In this document: positions 1-8,490 of the stretch, piece after piece
Layout: each line of letters starts with the position of its first letter
How positions within the stretch are numbered: position 1 is the stretch's first letter
Origin: a virus
Lineage: Duplodnaviria; Caudoviricetes
Direction: 5' to 3' (one strand)
Virus record (IMG/VR): IMGVR_UViG_3300036859_000206
Coordinates: 1 to 60,276 of that record
Length of the DNA stretch: 60,276 bases
Made by a program: the position numbers and the translations under genes
Notes under the pieces: generated by a model
Seen by the model: only the letters and a program-made list of their open reading frames with translations
Databases searched by the model: none
What the model was told of the DNA's origin: nothing

Positions 1-89
1 TCGACCAACGCCAGCAGCTCCTTGCGATCTTTCTGGACGTCGCTCAGGATGAACTTGCTGTCCGGGAACACGCGACCGACGAGACCTCG
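1..89. repeat. Terminal direct overlap, identical to 60188-60276 (assembly circularisation)
   Basis: First 89 nt (tcgaccaacg...gagacctcg) equal the last 89 nt of the window. Confidence 0.97.
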
Positions 90-239
90 TGCAATTCGCG
101 CCTGTAGCGCCTCGATGTAGGCGAGCACGTCGTCTACTTGCAGGTCAGACAGCCAGCCGTCCTCGATCAGAGCGTTCTCGTGATGCTCGCGCACCTTGTC
201 GAGCCCGTCGTCATCGTCGCCCCATGCTTCGTAGCTCAT
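1..239 (-). CDS. Hypothetical protein, 92 aa, spanning the circular junction (239->1 joined to 60187->60148)
   Basis: Manual translation MSYEAWGDDDDGLDKVREHHENALIEDGWLSDLQVDDVLAYIEALQARIARGLVGRVF...VVLED*; ATG overlaps an upstream TGA; absent from the ORF track because it crosses the end. Confidence 0.75.
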   Translation of the reverse strand, partial: MSYEAWGDDDDGLDKVREHHENALIEDGWLSDLQVDDVLAYIEALQARIARGLVGRVFPDSKFILSDVQKDRKELLALV

Positions 240-392
240 CAGTACGTCCCTCGCGGCTCGTCCGGATAGCGCTCGTGGTGAGCGGCTTCGGCGGCGGCAT
301 CGCGTAACGCTTCACGCGCATCGCGCTCGATATCCTTGATTTCCTGCCGAAGCTCGTCGTTCCGCTTCAGCAGCCCATCCCGCTATTCATGG

Positions 393-773
393 TCAGCCCG
401 GAGCCGTTTTGTACTTGTCAAACGTGCCGTCGTCGGTATCCACGCCGAACGCATGCCGCATGAAGTCAGCCGTTCGTACGTTGGCCTCGTACGCGGGCGC
501 ACCAGCATCACGCGCGACCATCGCGATGTTGCAGTGCCACGCCCACGCAAATGACGGGTCGTCCTTCATGGCTTGTGACAGGACCGACAAACCATGCGCA
601 GCGTCCTTCGCATTCGCATCCGTCTCGCTTGGCGGAGCGGGGGCGGCGGAGAGCATGGCGGCGTAGATTCTTCCGGACTCTGCCTGATATGGAAGCTCGC
701 GCGTTGGCTCGCCGTGCAGTTCTAAGTGTCGGCCAGCTAGCAGCATTTCGCGTGTCGGATTTTTCGGCACCAA
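393..773 (-). CDS. Hypothetical phage early protein (VPxxPTxEM...YxAMLxAAP motif)
   Basis: Motif common in small phage early proteins; start codon uncertain. Confidence 0.55.
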   Translation of the reverse strand: MVPKNPTREMLLAGRHLELHGEPTRELPYQAESGRIYAAMLSAAPAPPSETDANAKDAAHGLSVLSQAMKDDPSFAWAWHCNIAMVARDAGAPAYEANVRTADFMRHAFGVDTDDGTFDKYKTAPG

Positions 774-969
774 CGGCGGCTGCCTTCACGCTCTCGTAAA
801 AACCGAACGGCATCGTCGCGTCGATCATCGCGTCGAGCGCCGGGCCGGTCGGACATTCGGATCCTGCGATGACCGCGCGCTTCGGATTGACCACAACGCA
901 CATGCGCGCGAACGTACAGTGCTGTTCGCGCAGCCAGCGGTAACGCGCGGCGTCGAGTTCGTTGCTCAT
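508..969 (-). CDS. Hypothetical phage early protein (DAARYRWLR motif); 3' half overlaps 393..773 and may be off-frame
   Basis: N-terminal MSNELDAARYRWLR; C-terminal part looks like a shadow frame. Confidence 0.45.
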   Translation of the reverse strand: MSNELDAARYRWLREQHCTFARMCVVVNPKRAVIAGSECPTGPALDAMIDATMPFGFYESVKAAAVGAEKSDTRNAASWPTLRTARRANARASISGRVRKNLRRHALRRPRSAKRDGCECEGRCAWFVGPVTSHEGRPVICVGVALQHRDGRA

Positions 970-971
970 GG

Positions 972-1283
972 CTACATATCCACGCCGCGCGAGTCGTCCG
1001 GCTCGTCAGTCACCGGCCCCGGCAACGCCAGCAGCTCCGCCTTCCTCTGCGTAATGTCGTTGAGCTTGTTCGCGCACTCGAGCTTGACCTTATCTTCGAG
1101 GGCGTCTAGGGCGCACAGTTGCGCGTTGATGACGGCTTCGTTCGAGAGCTCGGAGAATTCGACCTCGATCCAGTCGGTGAGGCGGACGTAATCCTCGCTA
1201 TACATTCCGGCGCACATGTCGCTGGACGTGGCGATGGGGTTTCCGTACTTGATCGATTTGAACACGGCGACGCGGTGCTTCAT
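972..1283 (-). CDS. Hypothetical protein
   Basis: ATG at 1283 with GAGGAG RBS; MKHRVAVFKSIKYG... Confidence 0.7.
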   Translation of the reverse strand: MKHRVAVFKSIKYGNPIATSSDMCAGMYSEDYVRLTDWIEVEFSELSNEAVINAQLCALDALEDKVKLECANKLNDITQRKAELLALPGPVTDEPDDSRGVDM

Positions 1284-1323
1284 GGTCTGCTCCTCTGCGT
1301 GGACGACTGCTACACCGCGTAAC

Positions 1324-1740
1324 CTACTCCGGGGGAAACCAATCGTCAAGCCCCTTGGCAGCCTCGTCCGACGAACGGGCGACGATGGCGATTCCTCCAG
1401 CCTCCGAGACCACGCGGAGGAAGTTTTTCTGCTCAGCCGATGGACGTCCGCGCGGCGCCTTGACCTCAAGCGCGATGTACACGGCGATTCTGCGGCCGAC
1501 CATCTCGGGGGTGATCTGGACGGTGCGCCAGCCGCCGAGATCGGAGAGGCCCTCGACGGCGGCGCGAAATGGGCGCGCGTTGTAGATGATGACCGAGCCG
1601 GCGGGAGCGTGAATCGTGGTATCGCGGTCGATGCGGCGGGAATCGCCGATCCAGCCTTGGCCGGCGTTCTGGCGCAATAAACGAATCGGGCCGCGGCAGA
1701 CTGCCCGTAGAATTTCGCGCAGAATATTCGACTCGCTCAA
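1324..1740 (-). CDS. VRR-NUC domain nuclease / putative Holliday-junction resolvase
   Basis: RQNAG...GLSDL...ALEVKAPRGRPSAEQKNFL, a PD-(D/E)xK VRR-NUC pattern. Confidence 0.9.
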   Translation of the reverse strand: MSESNILREILRAVCRGPIRLLRQNAGQGWIGDSRRIDRDTTIHAPAGSVIIYNARPFRAAVEGLSDLGGWRTVQITPEMVGRRIAVYIALEVKAPRGRPSAEQKNFLRVVSEAGGIAIVARSSDEAAKGLDDWFPPE

Positions 1741-1961
1741 GGATTCGCCTCCTTATGAGACTGGCACACGGCCTTCAACGCGGCTATGGCATCCGCCGCC
1801 TGATCCAGCGATCCATCGGTTGTGCGAGTGGCGAGCGCTATGGGCGGGCGGAGGCAGCGCCACGCGGTGTACACAGCCGAGCTGCCGACGTTCGCGCGGC
1901 TGATCGAGTAACGGCCGGTCTCATCTTCCACGTGGAGTTTGGAGCGCTTGAGCCAGTTCAT
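1737..1961 (-). CDS. Hypothetical protein
   Basis: MNWLKRSK...; start/stop overlaps with both neighbours. Confidence 0.6.
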   Translation of the reverse strand: MNWLKRSKLHVEDETGRYSISRANVGSSAVYTAWRCLRPPIALATRTTDGSLDQAADAIAALKAVCQSHKEANP

Positions 1962-2671
1962 GGCGCGTTGAACGCCCACAGAACTTCCTTCGATCCGCGC
2001 CCGTTCACGCCCGGTTTGAATGTGGCGAACGTCTCGAACGGCGCCCAAGTCGCGCCTTCGTTCTCGCAGACCATGACTTGCCCTCGACGTAGGCCGCACC
2101 AATCTCGCAACGCAGAGCGATCGACTTTGGAATGCACGTAGTAGCGCCCGGCCGCGTTATCGTACGGCGGATCGATGAACCACATCGCCGCCATATCGGG
2201 CGCCGCCGTGTACTCGTCTTCGATGATGCGCCAGTGCCTAATCGCGCCAACTTGCGATGCGACACGCTCGCGCATGCTCGGCGTCCAGCCCTCGAACTGC
2301 CTATGCAGAGCGCGCAGCTTTCGCCGGCCGCTTGAGAGCGTTCGGCGCGGCGTCGAGCACGCGGAATTCATGCTGAACCCAACAAGATAGCGTGCGCCGA
2401 GCGGCACCCAATCCGGCAGTTCGTCAACGTCGTCTACTTCAGGTATGCGCCTGATCTCGTCCGGCGTGGCGCAGATCAGGAACCGCCACATCTCACAGAT
2501 CGTCGGATATTTCTCGACGAGGATGATGCGGCGATCCGGATAACGCAGGCTGTAGCCAGCAGCGCCAGCGAACGGTTCAATGATTGTATCGTAGGCCGGC
2601 GCAGGATAACGCGGAGCCGCGCGCCACTTGCCGCCGTAGTATCGCCAGAACGGCTTCAGGCTCACGCTCAC
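1958..2671 (-). CDS. DNA adenine methyltransferase (D12/Dam-like)
   Basis: YYGGKW, EPFAGAAG (SAM binding) and IDPPY (catalytic); GTG start overlapping upstream TGA. Confidence 0.85.
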   Translation of the reverse strand: MSVSLKPFWRYYGGKWRAAPRYPAPAYDTIIEPFAGAAGYSLRYPDRRIILVEKYPTICEMWRFLICATPDEIRRIPEVDDVDELPDWVPLGARYLVGFSMNSACSTPRRTLSSGRRKLRALHRQFEGWTPSMRERVASQVGAIRHWRIIEDEYTAAPDMAAMWFIDPPYDNAAGRYYVHSKVDRSALRDWCGLRRGQVMVCENEGATWAPFETFATFKPGVNGRGSKEVLWAFNAP

Positions 2672-2916
2672 CCCGCATCCCTCGCCGCCCGAATCGCGTT
2701 GCAGAACACGTCCGCGATCTCGGGCGCGCGAATACGAGCCGGAATCTCCAGCATATCGACGCCGTGCCGATGGAACCAAGTCGCCGAATACCTGCCGTCG
2801 CCGACCGTGAACGTGAATCCTTGCGGGAATCGCTCGCGGTAGCCCGCCTCGAATACCACCTCGCCGATCGCGACGGAATCTTTGTCGACGACGGTGACGG
2901 CTACGGGCTCGTTCAT
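2668..2916 (-). CDS. Hypothetical protein
   Basis: ATGA-coupled ORF in the operon. Confidence 0.55.
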   Translation of the reverse strand: MNEPVAVTVVDKDSVAIGEVVFEAGYRERFPQGFTFTVGDGRYSATWFHRHGVDMLEIPARIRAPEIADVFCNAIRAARDAG

Positions 2917-3131
2917 CGCTCGTCCTCCCAATGCCCGCCATTCTTATCGCGAATGCGCAGCTCCTTCTCGCATCCCGCGATGATCGCCTTGTTGTTGCCC
3001 TGCCACTGGCCCGGTTTCTCGGACAGATTGCCGGCGAGCCATCGAAGGTATCCACTCGGACACTCCTCGATACTCTTCCCGCGATGCTTGCCGAACGGGA
3101 TCACGATCGTGACGTCTGCTTGGTGGGTCAT
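2913..3131 (-). CDS. DUF3820/QSregVF_b-like small protein
   Basis: IPFGKHRGKSIEECPSGYLRW signature. Confidence 0.8.
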   Translation of the reverse strand: MTHQADVTIVIPFGKHRGKSIEECPSGYLRWLAGNLSEKPGQWQGNNKAIIAGCEKELRIRDKNGGHWEDER

Positions 3132-3478
3132 ATCAGTCCCCTCTCTCGTGCTTCCCGCTCTGCCTTGATAAGCGCGTCTTCCAGATACCGCGCCACCAGC
3201 GTATTCAGCGTCAAGTCCTGCGCCGCTGCCATGTAGGTCAACCGCTTGTGAACATGCGGCTTCACGCGCACGTTGAACACGCCTCTGAATTGCTTTTCGA
3301 CCGTGCCATCAGGCATGCAGTCGTCGATCGCTGTCTCGAAGTCGCGTCGCAGTGCCGCCAGCGTCTTGCCTTCGTAGAGGATTTTCGATTGGATGTGCAG
3401 CACGTGGCCGTAGAGCACGCCGCGATCGACGTCGGCTTCGATCGATCCTTGGAATCCCCGATACGTCAGGACGCTCAC
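3128..3478 (-). CDS. hicB: HicB-family antitoxin (orphan)
   Basis: LTYRGFQGSIE...LYGHVLHI...YEGKTLAALRRDFETAIDD...FRGVFNVRV.P.VH..L, i.e. RNase-H-like fold plus RHH. Confidence 0.88.
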   Translation of the reverse strand: MSVLTYRGFQGSIEADVDRGVLYGHVLHIQSKILYEGKTLAALRRDFETAIDDCMPDGTVEKQFRGVFNVRVKPHVHKRLTYMAAAQDLTLNTLVARYLEDALIKAEREARERGLI

Positions 3479-4935
3479 ACCAACCCCCTTTCACGCGCCT
3501 CGCGCTCCATCTTAGCCTTCCTCCCTTCATTTACGTACGTTGCCCACCGACGCGCTTTCTCGACGTCCCGCTCGGTGAACGGTCTCCCCTCAGCCGCCGC
3601 CTTCTTCCGCGCTCGAGCGATCCCTACCTGTATCAGCTGATCCAGCCCCTTCGCCATGCCTTGCTCGCGACGTACGGCCAGCTGCTCAGGGGTTAGTTCG
3701 CGGCGCTTCGATGTGTCTACTTCGGCGAGTTCGCCTTCGATTTCTTCGATGGTGCGTGGTTTGGCCTCGAAGATGTGGCCGCATTCCGCGCACCGTACGG
3801 CCCCACCTGGCATCGCGGCATAACAGGCCGGACATTGCCTGACCGTCACCGATGCTTCTTTCTTCTTGCCGCGCGGCGCGTAGTCGAGCGCCCAGCTTCG
3901 TTCGTCATCAGGCAGGCCGAAGCGCAGAAAATTCGACGCCTGATCGATCAGAATGCAGTCGGCATCGCCGTTCGATTTCGCGAGCCCGCGACCCTTCTGC
4001 TGGAGGTCGAGCGTCAGCGATTCGGTGGGTCGCAACTGCACCACGCAGCTCACGCCTGGGCAGTGAATTCCTTCGCCGTAGAGGGAAACGTTGGTCATGT
4101 ACTGCACCACGCCGCGCTCGAAGTCGCGCACTATCTGAACGCGCAACGAATCGTCGGTCTTGCCATCCACATGAACGCAGACGATCCCAGCCTGCCGAAA
4201 CGATTCGGCCGTGCGCTGCGACGCCTCGATCGAGTGGCAGAAGATGATCCCCTTGCGGTCGTGCGCGTACCTCTTCACGGCGGCCACCGCATCGCCGACG
4301 ATCTGCGGCTTCGACATGATCTCGTCGAGCTCGGCCGGCACGTAGTCGCCGTTGCGCACGTGCAGGTTCGAGACATCGATATGCTTCGCCGGGCCGAACA
4401 GCCGATATTTCTTCAGGTATCCGCGCTCGATCAGCTCGCGCATCGGAGGCCCGCAGACGATGGCGGAGAAGTGCTTGCCCAAACCTTCGCCGGAAGTTCT
4501 CCTGGGCGTCGCGGAGAGGCCGATCTTCGCAGCATTCGGGATCGACTCGAACACCTCGGACCACGTGTTCGCCAGCACGTGATGGCACTCGTCTAGCACC
4601 AGCAAACTCGGCTTCCTCAGCTTCGTCAGCCTGCGCCGCAACGTATCGATCGAGCAGACGTGAACGAGCTTGCGTGGATCGTAGTGCGCGCCCGCCATGA
4701 TGAACCCGTGGTCGACGCCGGCAGCTTTCAGCGCAGCTGAGACCTGAGTCGCTATCTCACGCCTGTGGCAGCAGAACCATGATGGCTTGCCGCGCTCGGC
4801 CGCCTTGCCCAACATGTAGGACGAGCCATAGCTCTTGCCAGCGCCGGTGCTGAGCTGCCAAACGATCGCTCGATGCGTGCGCAGGAGCGACCGGATCTCG
4901 GCGATGTTGGTCTCTTGGTAGTCGCGGAGCTGCAC
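3475..4935 (-). CDS. SF2 DExH helicase with C-terminal Zn ribbon (RadD/YejH-like)
   Basis: LRDYQ, STGAGKS, DECHH, SATP, QQKGRG, CPAC..CAEC. Confidence 0.95.
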   Translation of the reverse strand: MQLRDYQETNIAEIRSLLRTHRAIVWQLSTGAGKSYGSSYMLGKAAERGKPSWFCCHRREIATQVSAALKAAGVDHGFIMAGAHYDPRKLVHVCSIDTLRRRLTKLRKPSLLVLDECHHVLANTWSEVFESIPNAAKIGLSATPRRTSGEGLGKHFSAIVCGPPMRELIERGYLKKYRLFGPAKHIDVSNLHVRNGDYVPAELDEIMSKPQIVGDAVAAVKRYAHDRKGIIFCHSIEASQRTAESFRQAGIVCVHVDGKTDDSLRVQIVRDFERGVVQYMTNVSLYGEGIHCPGVSCVVQLRPTESLTLDLQQKGRGLAKSNGDADCILIDQASNFLRFGLPDDERSWALDYAPRGKKKEASVTVRQCPACYAAMPGGAVRCAECGHIFEAKPRTIEEIEGELAEVDTSKRRELTPEQLAVRREQGMAKGLDQLIQVGIARARKKAAAEGRPFTERDVEKARRWATYVNEGRKAKMEREARERGLV

Positions 4936-4949
4936 GACCGCAACACCAG

Positions 4950-5168
4950 CTACTTCCGGCCGTTACGCCGGATGATCTTCGGATTGATGATCTCTTCGAC
5001 CGGCAGGCGTAGCAGCTCAGCCAGCGGAAGGATGTAGTCGCGCTGGACGTTGCGGCGCGGCGGGCAGGTTTCCCAATGTGCGACCAGCGATCGTTTGCAT
5101 CCGACCGCGTGAGCGACTTGCTCTTGGGTCAGGCCGAGTTTCGCGCGGGCGTTGCCGATCGAGTTCAT
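4950..5168 (-). CDS. XRE/Cro-family HTH regulator
   Basis: ARAKLGLTQEQVAHAVGCKRSLVAHWE...LAELLRLPVEEI. Confidence 0.88.
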   Translation of the reverse strand: MNSIGNARAKLGLTQEQVAHAVGCKRSLVAHWETCPPRRNVQRDYILPLAELLRLPVEEIINPKIIRRNGRK

Positions 5169-5176
5169 GAGGGCGG

Positions 5177-5238
5177 ACGCTACCATGGCACCGGGCGTAA
5201 CACAAGGTGCTTGACACGGCCGCCACGGCGTGTAACAT
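5177..5238. promoter_or_regulatory. Back-to-back sigma70-like promoters
   Basis: Plus: TTGACA(5211)-16-TAACAT(5233). Minus: TTGTGT-17-TAGCGT ending 8 nt before the XRE ATG. Lies at the strand switch. Confidence 0.6.
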
Positions 5239-5266
5239 CGGTGCTCCAACGGAAGAGGAACCAGCA

Positions 5267-5458
5267 ATGTCGCCTGACCAGTGGGACCGCATGAAGAACA
5301 CCACCGCAAGCCCCGGCCGCTTCATCTCCGTCAACGGCGAGCCGCGCGCGAGCACCAGCGAATTCCGCAATCGCGAGCGCGCTGCACGACGCAGCGGACG
5401 GATGAGCGCGCGGCAGCAACGCAAGCTGCGCAAGATGGTTCGGAGGGACGTGGGATGA
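5267..5458 (+). CDS. Hypothetical basic protein
   Basis: GAGGA RBS then ATG; first gene after the promoter. Confidence 0.6.
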   Translation: MSPDQWDRMKNTTASPGRFISVNGEPRASTSEFRNRERAARRSGRMSARQQRKLRKMVRRDVG

Positions 5459-5673
5459 CACGCGAAGAACATCTCCAGTGGTGCAAGGACCGCGCGCTCG
5501 CGTACTGCGAGAAGGGCGAGACCATGAACGCGATCTCGTCCATGACGAGCGATCTCGGGAAGCATCCGGATACCGCCAACCATGCCGGGATCAAGCTCGG
5601 CGCGATGCTGATGTTCGGCGGCCATCTGTCCACGGCGCACGAGTGCCGCAAATTCATCGAGGGGTTCAACTGA
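5455..5673 (+). CDS. Hypothetical phage protein
   Basis: MTREEHLQWCKDRALAY...SDLGKHP; GGAGG RBS, ATGA overlap. Confidence 0.75.
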   Translation: MTREEHLQWCKDRALAYCEKGETMNAISSMTSDLGKHPDTANHAGIKLGAMLMFGGHLSTAHECRKFIEGFN

Positions 5674-5674
5674 C

Positions 5675-5899
5675 ATGAGCATCTACCGCGTCGATTTCGC
5701 CGTCACCTTCCCGCTCACGCCAGACACTGCGGAGACGCGCCACTACTTCCGTCTCGTCCAGGCCAAGACCAAGGCCGGCGCCATCGCGCACGTGGCGAAG
5801 AAATTGCTGCACGCGAGACTCGCTACGTTCGAGGATGGACGCGAGGGCGAGCGGAGTGGGGTGCGGGTGGAGGATGCTGGCGAGGAGGAAGCCGCATGA
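5675..5899 (+). CDS. Hypothetical protein
   Basis: Coupled ORF, high GC3. Confidence 0.65.
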   Translation: MSIYRVDFAVTFPLTPDTAETRHYFRLVQAKTKAGAIAHVAKKLLHARLATFEDGREGERSGVRVEDAGEEEAA

Positions 5900-6492
5900 G
5901 CATGGAGGCATTCACCGAGTTTGCGAAAATCGCGCGACTGTCGCGCGACATCGTGATAACGGAGAAGATCGACGGCACGAACGCGCAGGTTTACATACGC
6001 GAACTGCCTGACGACGAGGTGATGCCGACCGATACGCCGATCGTCGCTGTGCGTGGCAAGCTGCTGCTCTACGCCGGATCTCGTAGCCGTTGGATCACGC
6101 CAACCGAAGACAACTTCGGATTCGCTGCGTTTGTTCGCGACTGCGCCGACGAATTGTCCATGCTCGGACCCGGCCGTCATTACGGCGAATGGTGGGGAGC
6201 CGGCATCCAGCGTCGCTACGGGCTCAGCGAGAAGCGGTTCAGTCTGTTCAACACGCACCGATGGGCCATGGGCGCTCCTGATTGCTGCCGCGTCGTTCCA
6301 GTGTTGTACAGAGGCCCATTCTCCGAGGCAAAGATCACGGAGGCGCTTGCGCAGCTATCCGAGAATGGTTCGTGCGCCGCGCCAGGCTTCATGAAGCCGG
6401 AAGGCATCATCATCTACCACACGGCGGCCAACATGTACTTCAAGAAAACGATCTTGAAGGACGACGAGCCGAAATCGGTGTCGAAGCCATGA
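5896..6492 (+). CDS. RNA ligase-like nucleotidyltransferase (Rnl2-type adenylation domain)
   Basis: FAKIARL...TEKIDGTN (KxDG motif I), GSRSR, YGEWWG, EGII, FKK. Confidence 0.85.
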   Translation: MSMEAFTEFAKIARLSRDIVITEKIDGTNAQVYIRELPDDEVMPTDTPIVAVRGKLLLYAGSRSRWITPTEDNFGFAAFVRDCADELSMLGPGRHYGEWWGAGIQRRYGLSEKRFSLFNTHRWAMGAPDCCRVVPVLYRGPFSEAKITEALAQLSENGSCAAPGFMKPEGIIIYHTAANMYFKKTILKDDEPKSVSKP

Positions 6493-7481
6493 TCGACCGC
6501 CCCGGCCTCCTTTCCATCAAGCCAGCCGGCTACCCCACGCCAGCCGATTGGGAGTCCGCGTGGCACGCCGTACGCGCGCGCGTCGTGACGTCAACCGACT
6601 GCGCCGCGCTATTCGGCCTGAGCCCCTACGCGACGGCCTTCGAGCTGTGGCATATCAAGGCCGGGAATTTCCTGCCGGAGTTCGAGGAGAATGAGCGCAC
6701 TGGATGGGGCAAGGCGCTTCAAGATGCCATCGCGCACAAGCTAGCCGATGACAACAGATGGCTAGTCTATCCGTTCGACCAATTCATGTACTCCGACGCC
6801 GAACGCATCGGATCATCGTTCGATTTCCGCGGCATGTTCACATCGCCGACTGACGCCCCGGCCGTCCATTTCATCCTCGAAATCAAAAACGTCGACAGCC
6901 TCGCCTTCAAGCGCGGTTGGCAGGAAACAGACTTCGGCCTCGAGGCCCCGGCGCACATCGAGCTCCAGGTGCAGCACCAGATGGAGGTCTCCGGCATCGA
7001 CCTCGCGTACATCGGCGCACTCGTCGGTGGCAATACCGTCAAACTCCTGCGCCGCGAGCGTGATCGTGCTGTCGGCCGTGCGATCCGCGCCAAGGTCGCA
7101 GAGTTCTGGGCGAGCATCGATGCGGGGACGCCACCACCGCCGCTCATGCCGATCGACGCGCAGATCGTTTGCGCGCTCCACGGGTACTCTGACGGCTCGG
7201 TCATCAACGCCGATAAGGAGACCGCCGAACTGATGGCTCAGTACGATGCACGACGCGCTGAGGCCAAGGCTGCCGAGACCGCGAGCGAGGTGCTCAAGGC
7301 GCAGATTCTCGAACGCGTGGGACCGGCCGCGAAGGTGCTGGCCGATGGCTACACGTTGTCCGCGACTCAGGTCAAGGAGACGCCGCCGACCGTCATCACA
7401 GAGGCGATGGTGGGGAAGACGTACGGGGGCAGGAAGGGTTATCGGTTGTTCCGTGTCACTCATAAGGAAGCAGCAGAATGA
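6489..7481 (+). CDS. YqaJ-like viral recombinase exonuclease
   Basis: WHAVRARVVTSTDCAALFGLSPYATAFELW, SSFD, LEIKN, QVQHQM. Confidence 0.92.
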   Translation: MIDRPGLLSIKPAGYPTPADWESAWHAVRARVVTSTDCAALFGLSPYATAFELWHIKAGNFLPEFEENERTGWGKALQDAIAHKLADDNRWLVYPFDQFMYSDAERIGSSFDFRGMFTSPTDAPAVHFILEIKNVDSLAFKRGWQETDFGLEAPAHIELQVQHQMEVSGIDLAYIGALVGGNTVKLLRRERDRAVGRAIRAKVAEFWASIDAGTPPPPLMPIDAQIVCALHGYSDGSVINADKETAELMAQYDARRAEAKAAETASEVLKAQILERVGPAAKVLADGYTLSATQVKETPPTVITEAMVGKTYGGRKGYRLFRVTHKEAAE

Positions 7482-8308
7482 GCACTCAAGTCGCCACCGC
7501 AGGATTCGAGCGCATCGATGTCGCGTTCGCCGATCCGCGCATGCGGACCCAGCTCGCGCAAGCGATGGGCGTCAAGGTCGAGGATCCGACGCTGGATCGG
7601 TTCACGCGCGTCGTGCTGCGGGCGGTGCAGGAAAACCCTGCGTTGCTCGCGCCGTCCGTGGATCGGACCAGCATGTTCCTCGCCTGCCAGCGCGCGGCGC
7701 AGGACAAGCTCTTGCCAGATGGCCGCGATGGAAGTCTCGTGCTCTACGGCAACAAGGTGCAGTGGATGCCACAAATCCACGGCATCAGAAAGCGCGCCGC
7801 CGAGTACGGCTATTCGATCGACGCCCAGGTCGTGCACGAGAACGACGAGTTCGAGCAGATTCAGGGCGACGATCCGAAGATCGTTCATCGCGCGCCGGGG
7901 TTGGGCAAGGACCGCGGCCAGATGATCGGTGCCTACGCGATCTTCCGCGAGATCAAGACCGGCACGATCGTCCACCGCGAGGTCATGACCGCAGACCAGA
8001 TCGAATCCGTGCGCGCGTGCAGCCGCTCGAAGGACAAGGGGCCGTGGCTGTCGTTCCCGTCCGAGATGTGGCGCAAGACGGTCGCCAAGCGCGGGTTCAA
8101 GTCGGTGCCGATCTACGCGGAGGAGTTTCAGGAGATTCTCCGGCGCGGGGACGATGACTACGAATTCGTTGGGTCTGCGGTCACGGCGGGGCCGGCGGCG
8201 AAACCGACACGGCCGGCTGCCCTCGCTGCTGTCGCTGCGCAGGCGCCGGATGAGATCGAGCCGGAGCCGCCTAGCGACGTCGTGGACGATGATCCGAATT
8301 CGTTTTGA
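7478..8308 (+). CDS. recT: RecT-family ssDNA annealing protein
   Basis: Directly after YqaJ; AAQDKLLPDG, VVHENDEF, GAYA, PW...EMWRKTVAKR; acidic tail. Confidence 0.92.
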   Translation: MSTQVATAGFERIDVAFADPRMRTQLAQAMGVKVEDPTLDRFTRVVLRAVQENPALLAPSVDRTSMFLACQRAAQDKLLPDGRDGSLVLYGNKVQWMPQIHGIRKRAAEYGYSIDAQVVHENDEFEQIQGDDPKIVHRAPGLGKDRGQMIGAYAIFREIKTGTIVHREVMTADQIESVRACSRSKDKGPWLSFPSEMWRKTVAKRGFKSVPIYAEEFQEILRRGDDDYEFVGSAVTAGPAAKPTRPAALAAVAAQAPDEIEPEPPSDVVDDDPNSF

Positions 8309-8309
8309 A

Positions 8310-8467
8310 CCCCAGAGCGTCCGAAAGGACGGGACGACCGATAGCCGACCCATCGCGGCTGCGGGAGTCCGGAGTAGCGGTGGGTACGTCGGTAATGCCG
8401 ATTGACTTCGCGGAAAGACGCGGCACCCGTGGTCAGCGAAGAGCCACGCCGGACGATGGTAACCGGC
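8310..8467 (+). ncRNA. Candidate structured RNA (multi-hairpin intergenic region)
   Basis: Hairpins CGTCC-GAAA-GGACG, AGCCG..CGGCT, TCGG-TAATG-CCGA, CGCG-GAAAGA-CGCG, CGTGG..CCACG, GCCGG..CCGGC. Confidence 0.4.
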
Positions 8468-8490
8468 ACTCACTCAACCGGAGACCCGCA

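Noticed and set aside
393-969. Programmed frameshift joining 508..969 and 393..773
   Set aside because: The overlap is suggestive, but I found no convincing slippery site plus stimulator; a mosaic or decayed junction is equally likely.
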